A DNA stretch of 64,000 nucleotides, from NCBI GenBank assembly GCA_036172245.1, contig JAYWIR010000016.1, forward strand, positions 1,612,001 through 1,676,000, written 5' to 3'. Under the pieces are notes generated by a model. That model saw only the letters and a list, made by a program, of their open reading frames with translations, was not told the origin of the DNA and ran no database searches. This document shows positions 35,800 through 49,000 of the stretch, piece by piece; position 1 is the stretch's first letter, and each line of letters starts with the position of its first letter. The translations under genes were made by a program, and so were the position numbers. The stretch comes from Raillietiella orientalis. Its lineage: Eukaryota.

Positions 35800-37700
35800 C
35801 TATTCAGTCCACCGACCATTCAGGAATGGCCTGGTCTCCGACCGAGCCTTTTGGAGACAGCCAGGCCAGCAAAAACTCCGAGGTACTTGAAGTTCCCGAA
35901 AGTGGAGGGGAGGAGATTTCCAAGAGGATCCCGTCTGCAATGTGTGGTTGAGGGACTCAAAACCACGCGTCTCCTGCACACGTGCTCGGCACCGCCACTG
36001 GCAGGCATTGTCCATGAAGGTCGTCTGCAAATTGAGCTGCCTGGGGAGAACAAATCTGTGATCGGATGCCCCTCCGACGCCCTGGAAGAGGAAGGGCGCT
36101 GGCGCAGGATGCTGTTCCATGTTGAGCAGGATATCCACCTGGTGGGGTGGCTTTCCGTGAGGGAAAGCCACACCTCCTTGAACCTTCAGGCGCTCAAACC
36201 GGAAGTAGCTTTCCTCTCCATACGCTCGCTCAGAATTGCCAGACCCCCCCCCCTTCCAGTCGCAATCCTGGTGTTCCTTTCCTCTAAACCCCACCTCACC
36301 TCTGGCAAGGAGAATGTCTTTCTGACGTCCAGGACGCGTGGTTTTCCTGATGGACGAGTCGTCTCGAAGATCTGGCGGGTGCTTTCCGTGAAGCCTGCTT
36401 TGCCCAGAGGTGTCTCCTGAGCGGAAAAAGCGGTTTGCCTTTGGACGGGGAACCGGAAGGTACCCCGTTTGTCCTCGGACAGTCCTCCGGTTCCAAGGCT
36501 GACCCCGCAGAAGGAGGAAGCACCGGCTCGAATCCATGAAAATGCAAAGTGAGTTCCTCTTCACACCTGAGGAACCACAGTCACATCGAATCACCAGTTC
36601 TCTTCCCCTGAGGGCACGAGATGCACTGAAGAATTCGGAATCCACTTGCCGATCCGTTTTCGAGGTGGCGGATGCTTCTGCAGGTCCTCTTTAAAACATT
36701 CCTTGCAGAGATGAAAGTAGAGAAAGGAAAGGACTCTTGGTGAACCGGTACTCTTAAAGATTTCTTCATTTCCACAATTTTCCCCATGTTTTTGTGGAGA
36801 AGAACAGGAAAGCCATTATCCCGAGATGCCAAGGGTCTCTCCAAACGCCCGAGAAGCAGAGCTGTGGCCTCCATTTCGAGCTGGGAGGCTGTTTTGATGG
36901 CGATACCTTCCATTCGCAACGAAAACGCGCTTCACCTCCGTCCTCTGGACAACTGGTTGGACGGCCTTCACGCTGTTGGCCGCTACCCACTCTGTATTTT
37001 CAGCATCCCTTCGAAACTCGTGTTCCCCAGTTTCCACCAGGATTGCCCTTTTTTTCCGGGTCCTTCCAGGAAGGATTACGTGAGTCTCCAAATACAGAGG
37101 TATTTGAACGGCTGAAGAAGCTTTCGACCCGGTGATTGCTTCTCCATGAAACCATCCCTATGATGGAGGAGGATTGCTCGCGGACCGATTCTTCCGTAGC
37201 ATCCGCGTGTCTGGAAGCCAGTGGGCCATTTCTCGGTATGAAAGAAGAGGAAATGAAGCGCGGCTCGTGAAGACTCATCGGAATTCACCATAGCTAAAGC
37301 CTTCAGGAATCCCGGAGGATTCCCTGCGGAAGTGAGGATCCCTTGCGGCAGCGGAAGAATCCGGTGGACGCAGTCAAGCACATGACTCGGCGCTCGATTC
37401 CATTTCATTGAAGTTTTTTTTCAATTGCAAGGATCTTGAAAAAGAGGGTACAGTGGAGGGAGGTGGAGAGGGTTTCGAACATCCTCCTTCTTCTTTAGCA
37501 CGCTCAATTGACGAGCTGAAGAGGAGAGAGGATTTCTCCCTTTCCATTGCTCCGAACGCACATTCTAGTGATATCGGATGCTTCGTTTCATCTCTTTTCC
37601 GCCGTGCTCTGATTGTTTCTTCGGAATCTTCGATTTCCTCAGCAACTGGCCGTCCTTCGGATCGCAGAGATCTCACAAGGAATGCTCCTGAGCTACTAAG
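35800..37700 (-). mobile_element. Decayed CR1/Jockey-like LINE 5' part (ORF1 and APE)
   Basis: QENH (QETH-like), GGGLAIL and GNFKY (GDFN-like) in order; ORF1-like charged region upstream. Confidence 0.5.
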
Positions 37701-39479
37701 GTCGCAAAATTTAAAATTTGGGGCGGGTACGGGAAAGGATCACAGTCTGCTGGGATCAGTCCTATGCATCTTTGGAGGATGCCGGCAAGGTCTTACCTCA
37801 TAGCCCCTCGTAGTAAACAAGGCTGGGGAATGTCTGAGTCAGAATTATTAGAATGGACCCAAAGAATCTTCACTAAAACCCAGTGGCGACCCACTAAGCT
37901 TCTAACCCAAATGCCGATCAGTATTCAGGGATCTCCCTGTAAGATGGGGTGCTGAAGAGCAATTTACCCTCTCAAATCCCGTCAGTCCAGTATACGGGCC
38001 AGAAAACACCAGGGTACGGGTGCGGGCGCTCCTTCGACGGCGACATGAATTGCCAAAGCTTCCGGCATTTGCTTTCCTCCTTTGGCCATGCGTGACCTAG
38101 GGTCGCCTCCGATACGCACAGGGAACAAGCCACGTCGAGCGCGGGTGTTTTTCTTCCCTACTCCATCCATGATGGTGGATGCTCATTCCCAAACGCGATC
38201 CCTCTGCCATCCACATATAGCAGGACTTGCGAATGTCAAATAGAGAGCTCCTTCATTTTGGCTTAGCGTGTGAGCACTTCCTGTTGGTTGCTATGGAGCT
38301 CTTCCAAGTCTCAGCCTCAGTGGGCTGAATTCTCGAATATGCAAACGAATGGAAATCTCGCGCCGATTTTTCTGCACAGCGATGGTCTCCACGCTGCTCG
38401 GCTGTTTTTTGTCACCAAGGAACGACGCATGCAGATAACAACGGCGATGATTCCATTTGTTTCCGCGTTGAATTGCCTCGGCTGTGCTTCCGCCGTCGCG
38501 ACGCGAGAGCGTCATGGCAACGCGGTTCGATCAGAGGTGTCCTTCCGCTGCCCATATCTCCCCTAACAATTTGCTCGACTCGCCATTCTGGTGACTACCC
38601 TCGTTCAACTCCGCCGAAGGGAAGTTTGCGCGCTCTCCTGCGCCCCCTCGTGCCGTTTGCTACACCCGCGACGTTGCCTCGAAGAGGGGCTGGACGGTGT
38701 CTCCTCCGGGAGTTTCGGACGGTTGGGTTCAGGGAAAACCCGGTCACAGGTTAACCGTCTTTCGCGAGGGGCGAGTGGGCTGTTGGTAGCCTGCGTGATT
38801 TTCCCAGGGCGGGGAGAGCGAAGCGCGCGTGGATGTGGGTTGCTCTCGTGCTCGCAGCGATGACCACAGGGGCCGTGCGAGCGGGAACGCCTCTTCCGCT
38901 TTGCTGCTGCGAACACGCCGGCTGCTCCGCTTCGGCTGCCCGGTCGGACGTTCCTCCTCCCCCCTCGTCCTCCCTCAGCTTCTTCATTCGGGAGGAGGCC
39001 TTCCTTCCGGGACTCCAGGACTGCGAGTAGTATGTTTGGCTGAGAGACGGTGCAGAAAGCAGAAGCATGTGGGGAAGAGTCACACGCGGGCTTTCCTCAT
39101 CGGAGCAACATCTTCCTTGTGTGGTTGATTCACCCCTCCTGAAGGAAAACGACTCTGCCTTTACACGTCTAACGTCTGTGTGAGCTCACGCGGCCGCGTG
39201 CGACTCACGTGTGCACACGTGCATGCATTTGAAACGCCTCTTTCCTTTCTTCCCGCTTCATACGTGCCGTCAGTCGTTGCTGCTGAGGCTTCCCCTGGTA
39301 GAGGGAGGTCGCCTCCTGCCAAAGAGGCAGTTATCCTTTGGATCCAGCAGGGATTCTCCTTGAGCCTGGCCTTGAGGATCGAAAGGGCCCTTGTGCCCAT
39401 AGTTTTTTCCTGCTCCGAAACCCTGGAAACCGCGGGCCGGATAAGGGTTTGTACCCGGTCGCGCTTGGACGCTGATTTA

Positions 39480-39810
39480 AAAAAATAAACCTCAAATCAA
39501 AGGAGCAGCGTCTCCTAAATACTCGAGATGCCAGAAAAAAAAAAAAAGTTCATTGAGGATGACAACCGGCTAGCAGGCTGGTTTCTAAGGCAGTAGAGAA
39601 AGGAAAGAGGGAACAATAAACAAATAAATAAAAATCAGGAGGGTAAGGACGGAAGATCTTTGGGTTCAATCGTTCCTTCCTTCCCAAAAGCAGCTGTGGA
39701 TGGCAGCGACCTCTCCGATGGCCTCATTTTGCAGGTGAGGCCACCTTGCAGCCGTCCCCATCGAGGCGGCTGCCATGCTGGTGGCCTCCCTTCGCTACGA
39801 ACGAGACGCC
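39480..39810 (-). mobile_element. Tx1/L1-like 3' end, second subfamily
   Basis: Similar to 48430-48700 and to the reverse complement of 54940-55150 (gcagccgtcc...ggcggctgc). Confidence 0.55.
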
Positions 39811-39879
39811 AACACATGGCCGGCTGTCACCATGGCGCGAATATAACAGATCGTTGCGACCACGGAGCCCGACGTTATC

Positions 39880-41245
39880 GTTTGTTTTCCTTTTGTTGGA
39901 ATTTTGTTTCATCCTCTTCCCCCTGATGGACCACGCCGGCTTCCCCCCTTTTTTCCTAATGTGACAATTGGAATCGGTGAGCCTTTTGGCCCCATCGATT
40001 CCTGCAAGAGGAATAAACGCCCCGGCGCACCCGGGTGTGAAATCACGCAGCCGCCTCCCATCTTGCGACTTCCCCCTCCGGTGCGTCGCTGCTCTGGTGA
40101 GAGCGACCACGTGGATCCGCTGCCGCCCTGCGAACACTCCGGTCTGGCGGCAGGAGAAAGTGAGGACGTGGGCCCAGCTCGCCCGTGCCCCGGCGGAAGT
40201 TACCCGCTGCCGAGAGTTTCAGAAGAACAGCGGAAGAACACTGGAGGCGGTGGGTAGTGAGCTGACCATGTTGGCCTACCCACCAGCCACCCCCTTCGCC
40301 GCAGCGGTGTCCTCCGCTGTCGAGGCACATGGCACTTGCCTACCGGCGGGCGAAGTGGGAAGGAGGTTTCCTGAGAGATCTCGACCCGCAGGAAGCCTAT
40401 CGGTGGCTGCACACCGCGTGAGCTGGCTGACTCGGCAACAGCAACAACCGTCTCCAAAGGACTGGAACGTTGGGGCGAACTCTTCGCCATTCGGCCCGAA
40501 GAGTTGAAAGTTCCCCCCCGTGTTTACGGACAGGAATCTGCCTCCCCTCAAGTGGGGGCAATCATCGCGCTGATGATACTGCAGTGGAGCCTTCCGTGCA
40601 ATGCCCATCGGCACCACTGGACGAGGGGAAGCGCATGCCGAACTGTGCCAGGTGTGGAGAGAAGGAGTCCTTCCCCCACCTCCTAGTGCGATGCGTCGCT
40701 TTCCGGGAACCGTGGGAACGTTTCTCCACGTCCCTTCCGCACCCCTTGGACGATCTCAGAGAGTCTCTGACACCCCTCTCCGTGCGGGACGCCATGACGC
40801 CCGCAGCCGCAATCGCAGCGCTGTGCTGCGTTCGCGGTGCCGTCGTGGCGAAGTGCGACGCCGAGGGAGACCAGAGAGACGGGGGGGGGGGGCTGTCCTG
40901 CACGCCATCCGCTTCCTGCAGATCGCTTTGGCGTGGCTCCACCTGAACAGGGAGAAGGAGGAGGTCGCCGACATCCTTCAACGGATGCAGTGGCCTCACC
41001 CACCACGAAATGGGATCCCTCCCCTCCCCCCCAACGAATCTTTTTTTTTGTTAGTTTTTATTGTTTGTTTCTTTTTTTCGCTTTCTATTTTTGCTTTATC
41101 CCTCTTCCCATTCGTGGAAGTGATGGACCTCGCTGGCTTCCCCTTAGTTTTAGCGTAATAATTGGAATCGGTGAGCCTTTTGGCTTCAGTGATCCCTCTA
41201 GGAGAGAAATAAACTCCCCGGCGCACCCGGGTGCGAAATCACGGC
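39880..41245 (+). mobile_element. Tx1/L1-like 3' UTR fragment followed by a zf-RVT and 3' UTR copy
   Basis: PNCARCGEKESFPHLLVRCVAFREPWERF; UTR repeated at 39900-40050 and 41090-41245. Confidence 0.75.
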
Positions 41246-42799
41246 GCCCGCCTTGCGTGAAGGAGCCGCCGCAGAACGTCCGCAACAGGGGGGTCCTGAG
41301 GTCGACGGAGCGCCGAAGGCCGTCGCCGCCACACGTCCTCCAGGGCCCTGCAGTCCAACGGGAGGTGCTGGAACGGTTCGGGGAGGCAGCTCTCCCGGAA
41401 CCGGGTGCCTGCTCTGAAAGCCCTGCATCAAAAGCCCCAGTGCGGAGACAGCACAACATTCCGTTTCCAGCGGGGCAGGAACGCAAGGGTATCCGCACGC
41501 AGGGAAGGGACGGCGAATCCTTTGAAGCCGCACCGAGCAAGTCGCTTCACCGAAGGGGTCCCTTCGTCCGGGAACGACGAGTAAAGCCCTCCGTCAACGC
41601 GCTCGTCTTGCAGTCGTCGGGGAGCCTCTCGACGCCCGCAATGTTGCAGGAGAACTCCCACCCCGCCGGCTGTCTGCCTGCCGTCGTTGTTTGTCCTGAA
41701 GGGTAGACAGCTCTGCAGTGTATTGGCTATTCGGGGCCACTGCATCCAGTCCTGCAGAATATCTTCCAGCGGCTTGCATAGGAGTTTCCGCAGCGGACAA
41801 AGTTCCTCCGAACGCACTTCCATAGTGGCCACCCAGAACTGCAGTGCGTCCTGCCGGCAGGAATGAAGGAGAAGGAAGGGAAGAGGAATGGAGTTTCCTC
41901 GTCTCGCTCAATAGGTGGGATCTACGGCTAGGGCAAGAGCAAACGGTTCTTTCTGGAAAACCCCGCTGGGGCTTGGTCTGCCCTCTCTGAGGCGATGTTC
42001 TCACTTGAGCCGTCTGTTGCTCTCGACGCTCGGCGGTAGCCATTTTTCGGTTTCCTCTATGCCTCCACAGTCCAGTATCTGGCAACCAGCAGCGACACCC
42101 TCCTCCTCATTAATTATCAGATGTGCTGTGTGGGTCGAGTCCTGCCCATTCCCACGGACTCATTCACAGACTTCAGGTTTTCCCCGAACTGTCCTCCGTG
42201 GTCATTTCGACCACGCAGATCTATCCGGATCAGGTGAAAACGCAAAAAGCAGTTCAGGAAACTCTCGTCAGAGGCGCTGGGTCGGCGAGGCTTCTGACGT
42301 TCCCAGTTCAGCTCGTTTGCAGCTCGTGGCCGCTGGTGCGTGGCTGCCCGACGCAAAGCACAACCTGCCTTTGCCGGCGGGGTCGGAGGATGCCAGCAGG
42401 ACTGCTCGAAAAGCTCGCGCGTCGTTAGCTGAGGCACAGGCAAAGTGGATGGGATGCGCTTCCTGGCCGAACCGTTGCTTTTTGCGCCATCACCCCCTCC
42501 TCCCTCCGCAAGGCTCTCGGAAAATCCAAGGGACCGAAGACCGTGCATGTCGTGGTGCATCGTGTCAGCTGAGTGCACAGGAACGAGAAAAGCGCCTCCT
42601 CATGTTTGAGTTTCTTGTGCATTTCTTGGGTTGCAGCATTTGAAATTTCCCATGGACCTGGAGATCGGAAGATTTCGATCCGCGCCCATCCATTTGGGGA
42701 CTCATTCATCCAGTCCTGAACTCTTTTCTTCAAAAAGCAGAAGCAAAAAAAAAAAAAATTTCCAATAGACCATGGAATCCCAGTGACTTCTTTTTGTTT

Positions 42800-43900
42800 A
42801 GAATCCCTGAGATTTTTCATCTGATTAGGTGACCAGCTAGTGTCCTACGGCAGTAGGAACTGTCGTGTTCCAGAATGGACCCTCAGCTGATCATGAAACT
42901 GTTAATGCAGTGGCAACCTCAGATGCGAGGTTTCTTTATCCCAGTCCGGGAGCGTATTCAGACATCTCCGATGTTGCAATCTTTAGATGCTCCTATATTG
43001 GAAAATCTCAGAGGAATCCCGATTGCATCTGAGTATTCCAAAGCGATGCTCACCAAAAACAAAGAGCGAGAATGTTGAACTCACAGCAGCATCTTCATCC
43101 CTCTAAAGGAGAAGTGTGTTCCAGAAGGATGCACTGCCGCTGATCGGCTGCAAAGACATCATCGCAAACGACCGCCGATTCCAGGTCAGTGCGAGCTTTC
43201 GATCTCTCCTGGATGAGATTCGGAGCATTCTTATCAGCACCTTTCTTGGTCAAGTTTGAGCGTCCACAACAGGATTTTCATGACGTCCTTTCACCTGCAA
43301 GCAAGCAAGGAAAGGTCAGCTGTGTGCTGGAGTGGTTTGGTGATCCAACCAGCCTGGACACACTGAGGATGTTGTGCAGAGCTTCGTGGAGCCGCCGTAC
43401 CCTATCGAAAAATGACGTTCCACCGCAATCCCTGGGGGTCCATGGGGCACCTCTTGCTGGAAAGTGAACGTGTCCAGTTTCCTACAGAATGGAGGGAAGC
43501 CCGACTGCTCGGTCATCATGTCTCAGGGTTCGCCAGAGTTGACCTTCGAGATGGAACTATTGTCAGCGACGCCTCCTCGGAGAAGATCATTGGCTAGAAT
43601 GGCAGATTTGCTTCCATCGAACACGTTTTCCAGCAACGAAACTTGTTTCCTTCTCTTCTGGAACGAAGTCTGCCTTTCTTTGTTTGTCCCCAAGGTAACC
43701 GGCGAGTGAGTGTTTACCCAAAATGTAATTTTTGCTCAGCGATTTTGCCTTGCACACCCTCTATGTATTTGGAAAGGAGCTGCCCTCCTTCCTGCCATAG
43801 ATTCTCTCTATAGAGAAGGTCCAATGTATCCTCTGAGCAGGCACGGAGACCTCTAGTTTCTGTTCACACGAGGGGCTTTGCAATCGATGCTGCTTTGCAA
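42800..43900 (+). mobile_element. Decayed CR1/Jockey-like RT C-terminus
   Basis: LDTLRMLCR...FVEP resembles L..LY..LVRP.LEY; many stops. Confidence 0.4.
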
Positions 43901-44599
43901 TCGATGCTGGTGTCGTGGAAATCGAGGAAAAAGAAATTTTCCTTCCATCGGGTTTCGTTTTTGTAGTCCAGCCCCGTAAAAAGTTCTTCCGCGACTGCGG
44001 TCATTGCTTCAAACGAGGAAGCAGTGATCTCTAGAAAGAGAATCTGATTCTGAAACAGTTCCAATTGGAAGCAGAAGATGAGATTTTGTTAACTAAGCAG
44101 AAGATGTGGGTCCATCCGGAAAAGTAAGAGCAACAGCATGTTTACGTAAGAACATGTGGAGGGAGAGAGAAACTGCAACGTTCGGTTTGAAGTCTCTAGA
44201 TGACTCTAGCAGTGCTGAAATGAGAAATGAGCTGTAACCTCAGGGCATGCAATATAGTTTGATCTTCTGATCACAGATGGCACTTTCTCGAGATCCGTAT
44301 GATCCACCTTCTGCTTCCGCCGGAAAACCGCTGTCCCGAAAACAAAGCTGGAAGCAAAGCAGCGGAGTGGCAGCTTCCTTCGTATATTTCCTGATGGCTG
44401 CAGCAGGAAGCCTCGATCCTAGTATCAAGGAGCGGAGAAGGGGGAAGACATTGGTCGAGAGCTCACGCTGCTGGATAGTCCGTTGAGGAATCTCAATCGA
44501 GATAACAATCCCGAAGGAAGGGACACGCGAGACGCACATCGTCCTCTGAAGTCCCATTCGAGGAGTTTCTGAGGCAGCAATAGTGTGGGAGCCCATCCC

Positions 44600-47000
44600 G
44601 CCTCTCGAGAAGTGGGGGAGGGACGTTGCAGGGAATGCACCTGTTGTTCGCTAAGTAGGTAGCGACTCCCGTTCCTGAGCGTCGGTGTGTAGGGAGTCCA
44701 CTTTCCCGTTGCACCTTCTCGTATCCAAGGAAGGAGGGGGAAATCGAGAAAGAAAGAAAGAAAAAAAAAAGGATGCGGAAGGGAGTTTCCAGAAGTCGCC
44801 CGCTCCCGCCCTGGTTTCCCGGTTTTCAGAAGTAGAGGCACCTGTCCCTCCACGCGGGAACCGTCTCATTCCAGCATCTCCGAGGAAGGAATCGGGTGCA
44901 TCGGTGTAGGGGGTAGAGTGTGCGTGGGCAGCTGACACCGACGAAGAGCCGGCGTTGCGCCCAGAGGGCGACGGCAAGAGGGAATCGGGATGGCTATTCC
45001 CCAGCGCAGAGGTCTCTAGATCTCCGCCCACCGTTTCATCGCGAACGCTGCTCCCCCCACGGAGCACGTTCCTCCTACCCACCATACCCTCGACCCGCTG
45101 GCGAACCGCGATAGGGTCTGTTTTCCAGGAAACTTTCCTCGTCCCGTCCGCTCCGTTTGGGGGACTCTGCAGACGGGTTCAAAGAGTCGGGGATCAGCCC
45201 ACATCCATCGACCCATTTCTCCCCTTCCCTCTCGGGCCAGTTGCCGCGACCTGCCGCTGTCTTGACGTCCTCGGAGTTCCCCTTAGGATCGCTGTCCCCC
45301 CTCTCCCCTGCATTCGTTCCCCCCTTCCTGCTTCCATCTCGGATGAGCCGTGGCTCGCGTGGCGAGTGGAGATTTCCGCAAGGGCTCGCGAGATGCCGCC
45401 CTAGCCAGGGGTCCCCCGGGGAAATGGAATGAGCAACTGATCTTGGTTTCTGGAACAGGGACACGGGAACCCATTCCTGTCCGCGCACTTCATTAATTTT
45501 TAATTCAAAAACGGGATGCGGAGGAAACATCTGCATCTCGGCACACACATCCTGCTCTCGGCCACGCAAGAAGGGGGGGAAGGCAGCAGGTCGCAAGAGA
45601 AGAAAATGAATCATCGATCCGAGAGGGATCGAGTCCGGGATTTCAGCTTGGAGTATTTCGGGAAGCGGGCGGGTATCCTCTCGGAGAGAGAAAGCTGAGA
45701 CAATGGACGTGAATCTGGAGGAGGCAAGCGATGAGGAGAACGCCCCTCCGTAGATGGCTCTGCCTCCTGCGAGAACCGACCGCGTTTCGTCTGCGGGAGG
45801 GTCGGTTGTCACGAGTTCGGAGGAAGTCGGCCTCCCCTCCTCCCTCCATGCCGTTCCGAGTCCGCGCTCCTGCGTGGTGATGCTGCTACTACGGCTACGG
45901 GGATTTGCAGAAACTCTTTCGTCCCGGCGCCTCCATCCCTCCCAGGTCCCTCCACGTCCCAATGAGACTCAAGGGGGCTGGCGAAAGAGAATGCCGGTCT
46001 TCTCGGTAACCAAGACGGAATCTGCGCCCTGAGGCTTTAAAGAAGCTGGTCCGACGGCGATACATTCCTCAGCGACCCACTCCGAAGCTCTCTGGGGCTC
46101 CACTTTGGATCCAGCTGGAAGTCCGGCCGAAGATCCCCTTCCTTCAAGGCAACCCTGGAAGACTCCTGGGTTGACCTGTAAGACCTCGTAGACTCCTTCC
46201 CGGAAACCTGTCCATCCGTACGTGCAGTCGAGGTCGAAGGGGATCACGGTGGCACCGGTCCCGTTCCGTGGGACCAGTGGACGCTCAGGGAAGAAAGAAG
46301 GCGAGTGGACGGGAGGGAAAGGGGGAACCCAACTGAGGCCCCAAAGGGAACAAGCGCTCCCGGATGAAGGGGAACCCAGAAGGCGACCTCGAGAAAGAAG
46401 AGTAAGCTGGGAGCGTCCGGAAAGCTCCCGGTAGCCAAAGAGATGAATGTCACGACGAACATGTCTGCCCTTCACGAGCGGTGAAGGGGGAACAAAACGC
46501 AGGAAATTCTTTAGAGAGTCTTCGAGGGGTGGTACCAGCGTCGTGGTCACCGTCCATACGTGCGCGTGCGCAGATTGCTGCAGGGAGAGGCAGGAGAACC
46601 ATTAGGTATGCTGGTGGGGAGGAGAAGAGGAGCTCATCGGATTGTGGCGTGACCGACAAAACGGTGGTCTTGCTGGCGTCGTCAGCAAGCTGCGGTTGCA
46701 GCCTCTCACGGATTCTGGAAGTTTACGGTGGAGGAGACCTCTCCTTCGACCTTAACCCGGAGAACTTTTTTCCTGAAGCAAGCGAAGTCGTTCCAGGTCG
46801 CCCTCCTTCTGGGTGTCAAGGGCAAGGACATCGATCTCATGCTATCTTGCACCGTCGTGATCCCTTTGCCCTGAGTCGGTCACAATGCTCCGCTGCTTTC
46901 TAGAGTTTCCACCACCCTCACGAAGAAGCCGACGGAACGCCGGCCACGGGATCCGTGCTTCCCTTTAAAGAGTTCGGTTGGTCTCCCAGGAACGCTCCCC
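44600..47000 (-). mobile_element. Decayed Tx1/L1-like ORF1 and APE
   Basis: ORF1-like VTTTLVPP...GYRELSGR, then NEVRG, VPETK and GGDL in APE order. Confidence 0.4.
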
Positions 47001-47399
47001 TCTGTGGGAGGGTCTCAACTATCAGGAATCATGATCTATGCCGACAGGGAAGGTCATTCCCCCTTCCTTCGAATCCTCAGCTACCGACCCGCACTGAGGG
47101 GACCGAAACCCAAAGTCGAGGGCTTAGGACTTTGGTCTTTCGAGGTGAATCTCGGTATCTTTTGGCCGCCAGCCATCTCGAAGCCACTGTTCCAGTCCTC
47201 AACTCTAGCACCATCGACAAGTTTGGGAAAATCATCCCGGGAACCAAGGGATGCGTTTCCTTAGCTCCGGGATCGGTCATTCGGCATCCTCGCCAACCAC
47301 AAGCCAGGGATTCCCGGAAACTTCCTTCCCCTCCATCTCGGGTTCACGCATCAACCGAGTTTCTCCCAATGGCACCGCTCGCACGCTGATGGATCTGCG

Positions 47400-48400
47400 C
47401 GGCAGGCGGGGCTCTCGGCCAATGTGCCTCATTCGGCATGAGAGGGCATACCCTCTGGAGGGAAAGTCGATCTTTCTCTTCATCCGAAGGACAGTCATGC
47501 TGCTCCCTCAAGATCACGGAGCCAGAATTCTCCCTTTCCCCGCCTTTTTTCCCCTTATTTGGAAGGTTCTTGACCTGCGAAATGCCTGTTTCACCCTGTA
47601 ATCCCCAGAATCCCTTGCGCGCACCATCCTCCTCCTCGCACTGAATGCGAGGATGGTCTAGCTGGCAACGAGCGCTCCCTCTTGAACCCCAGGCAGCCTG
47701 CTGACAAAAGCGCAGCCAGAATTCCTGAAGGGTTGTTCGCGACAGAATTTCCATCTTTCCGGAAGATCAGAGCTTTTCAGGTGATTCAAATGGATTGTCA
47801 TGTGACCTTCTCTATCCGAGAGACGTGGAGGTCACCGATTCGAAGATCGCGACCCAGAAGGCGTGGCTCTCCTCTTTCACTAATACGGACACGCTAGCCT
47901 GTGCGCTTGGCGTGAGGCAGGCTGTCGACCACGATGTGTTTCACGATCCCTAAGGCACAGCAGAACACGCGATTGGTCTCACCACGAGCTTTATTAGGAA
48001 TCCATGGTGACGATCTTGGGATTTAGTTTGCTCTTTTTCAAATTCCCTCTTTGCCTGCTTCACGACTTGCAGGAGCGCTTTCCTTCGGCAGCCACTCGCT
48101 CCGAGAGCTCGTGGCCAGAAACCACTTCGCTTGGTATCGCTCCCTGACCCCAGTAAAAGAGATGAAGGAAGCAAATGCAGTTACCGGTGCGAAGTTTCGA
48201 CACTTTTCGCATCCAGGCGACCAAAAGAACGCGACATACCTTTTAGGAGCTCAAGGCCGTAATGTCGCACGCGCATGGGATTTCTCACCTGGTCCCGCCG
48301 GGGACGTTTTAGTTACAAAGAACAATCAAGCTGGGAATGCGTGTTCCCAAGGGAAAACAACAGGTTCAAGGGGAGGATCCGTCGACATGCAGGTCAGCGA
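47400..48400 (-). mobile_element. Decayed CR1/Jockey-like RT
   Basis: VKQAKREFEKE and DRHHGF (QHGF-like). Confidence 0.4.
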
Positions 48401-48429
48401 CTCTAAAAATCCGAAAGCGGTAGGAGACT

Positions 48430-49000
48430 TCAGCAAATAAATAAGAAAAAAAAAAGACCTGAGGTCAGGGGCAGGGGGCTTTGACATTGCTCGTTGCTTC
48501 TTCGAAAACCAGTAGTCCGGAGCGGATGGGAGTAACAGTAAATCAACAAATAAAGAGAAGGTGGGGACAAAGGTCTTTGGCTTCGGACGTTCCTTCGTCC
48601 TGGAACCAGCTCTGGATGTCAGCGATGTCCGTTCTGACTTCCTCCAGTTGAGGCCATCTAGCAGCCGTCCTCACGCAAGGAGGCGGCTGCTATATGGGTG
48701 ACCTCCCTTGGCTGCGCGGGTGCGCTGATGCCAGCCTCCAAACCGCAGCTCGTGGAGATCGCCGCAGTCCGGCAGTAGATGCGGTATCGATCCGACCGAC
48801 CCGCATCTGGAACGGACCGGGGAAGCAAAGTAAATCCTTCAGAGACGAGGTGCGAGAACTCCCTGGTAGCACCGGAAACCCTGGTGCAGAAGAGGGAGAA
48901 CAGCCTCCTTTCGGCTTAGCAGGAACGTGCAAGCGTCCGGGCACAGGGAGGGTGGGACCAAGAGTGCGTCGGAGAGCACACACACTCAGCACTTCGCTCC
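48430..49000 (-). mobile_element. Tx1/L1-like 3' end, second subfamily
   Basis: RWPQLEEVRTDIADIQ end motif, similar to other copies, then a T-rich UTR. Confidence 0.5.

Noticed and set aside
38750..39130. Small Cys-rich ORFs as a host gene
   Set aside because: No recognisable homology or consistent exon chain.
41168..41195. GCCTTTTGGCT match to the 5' end of U2 snRNA (some Tx1 elements target U2)
   Set aside because: Only 11 nt, no further U2 sequence, and absent from most other family copies.
43875..43908. 17-bp tandem duplication gctttgcaatcgatgct x2
   Set aside because: Ordinary slippage duplication in TE debris.
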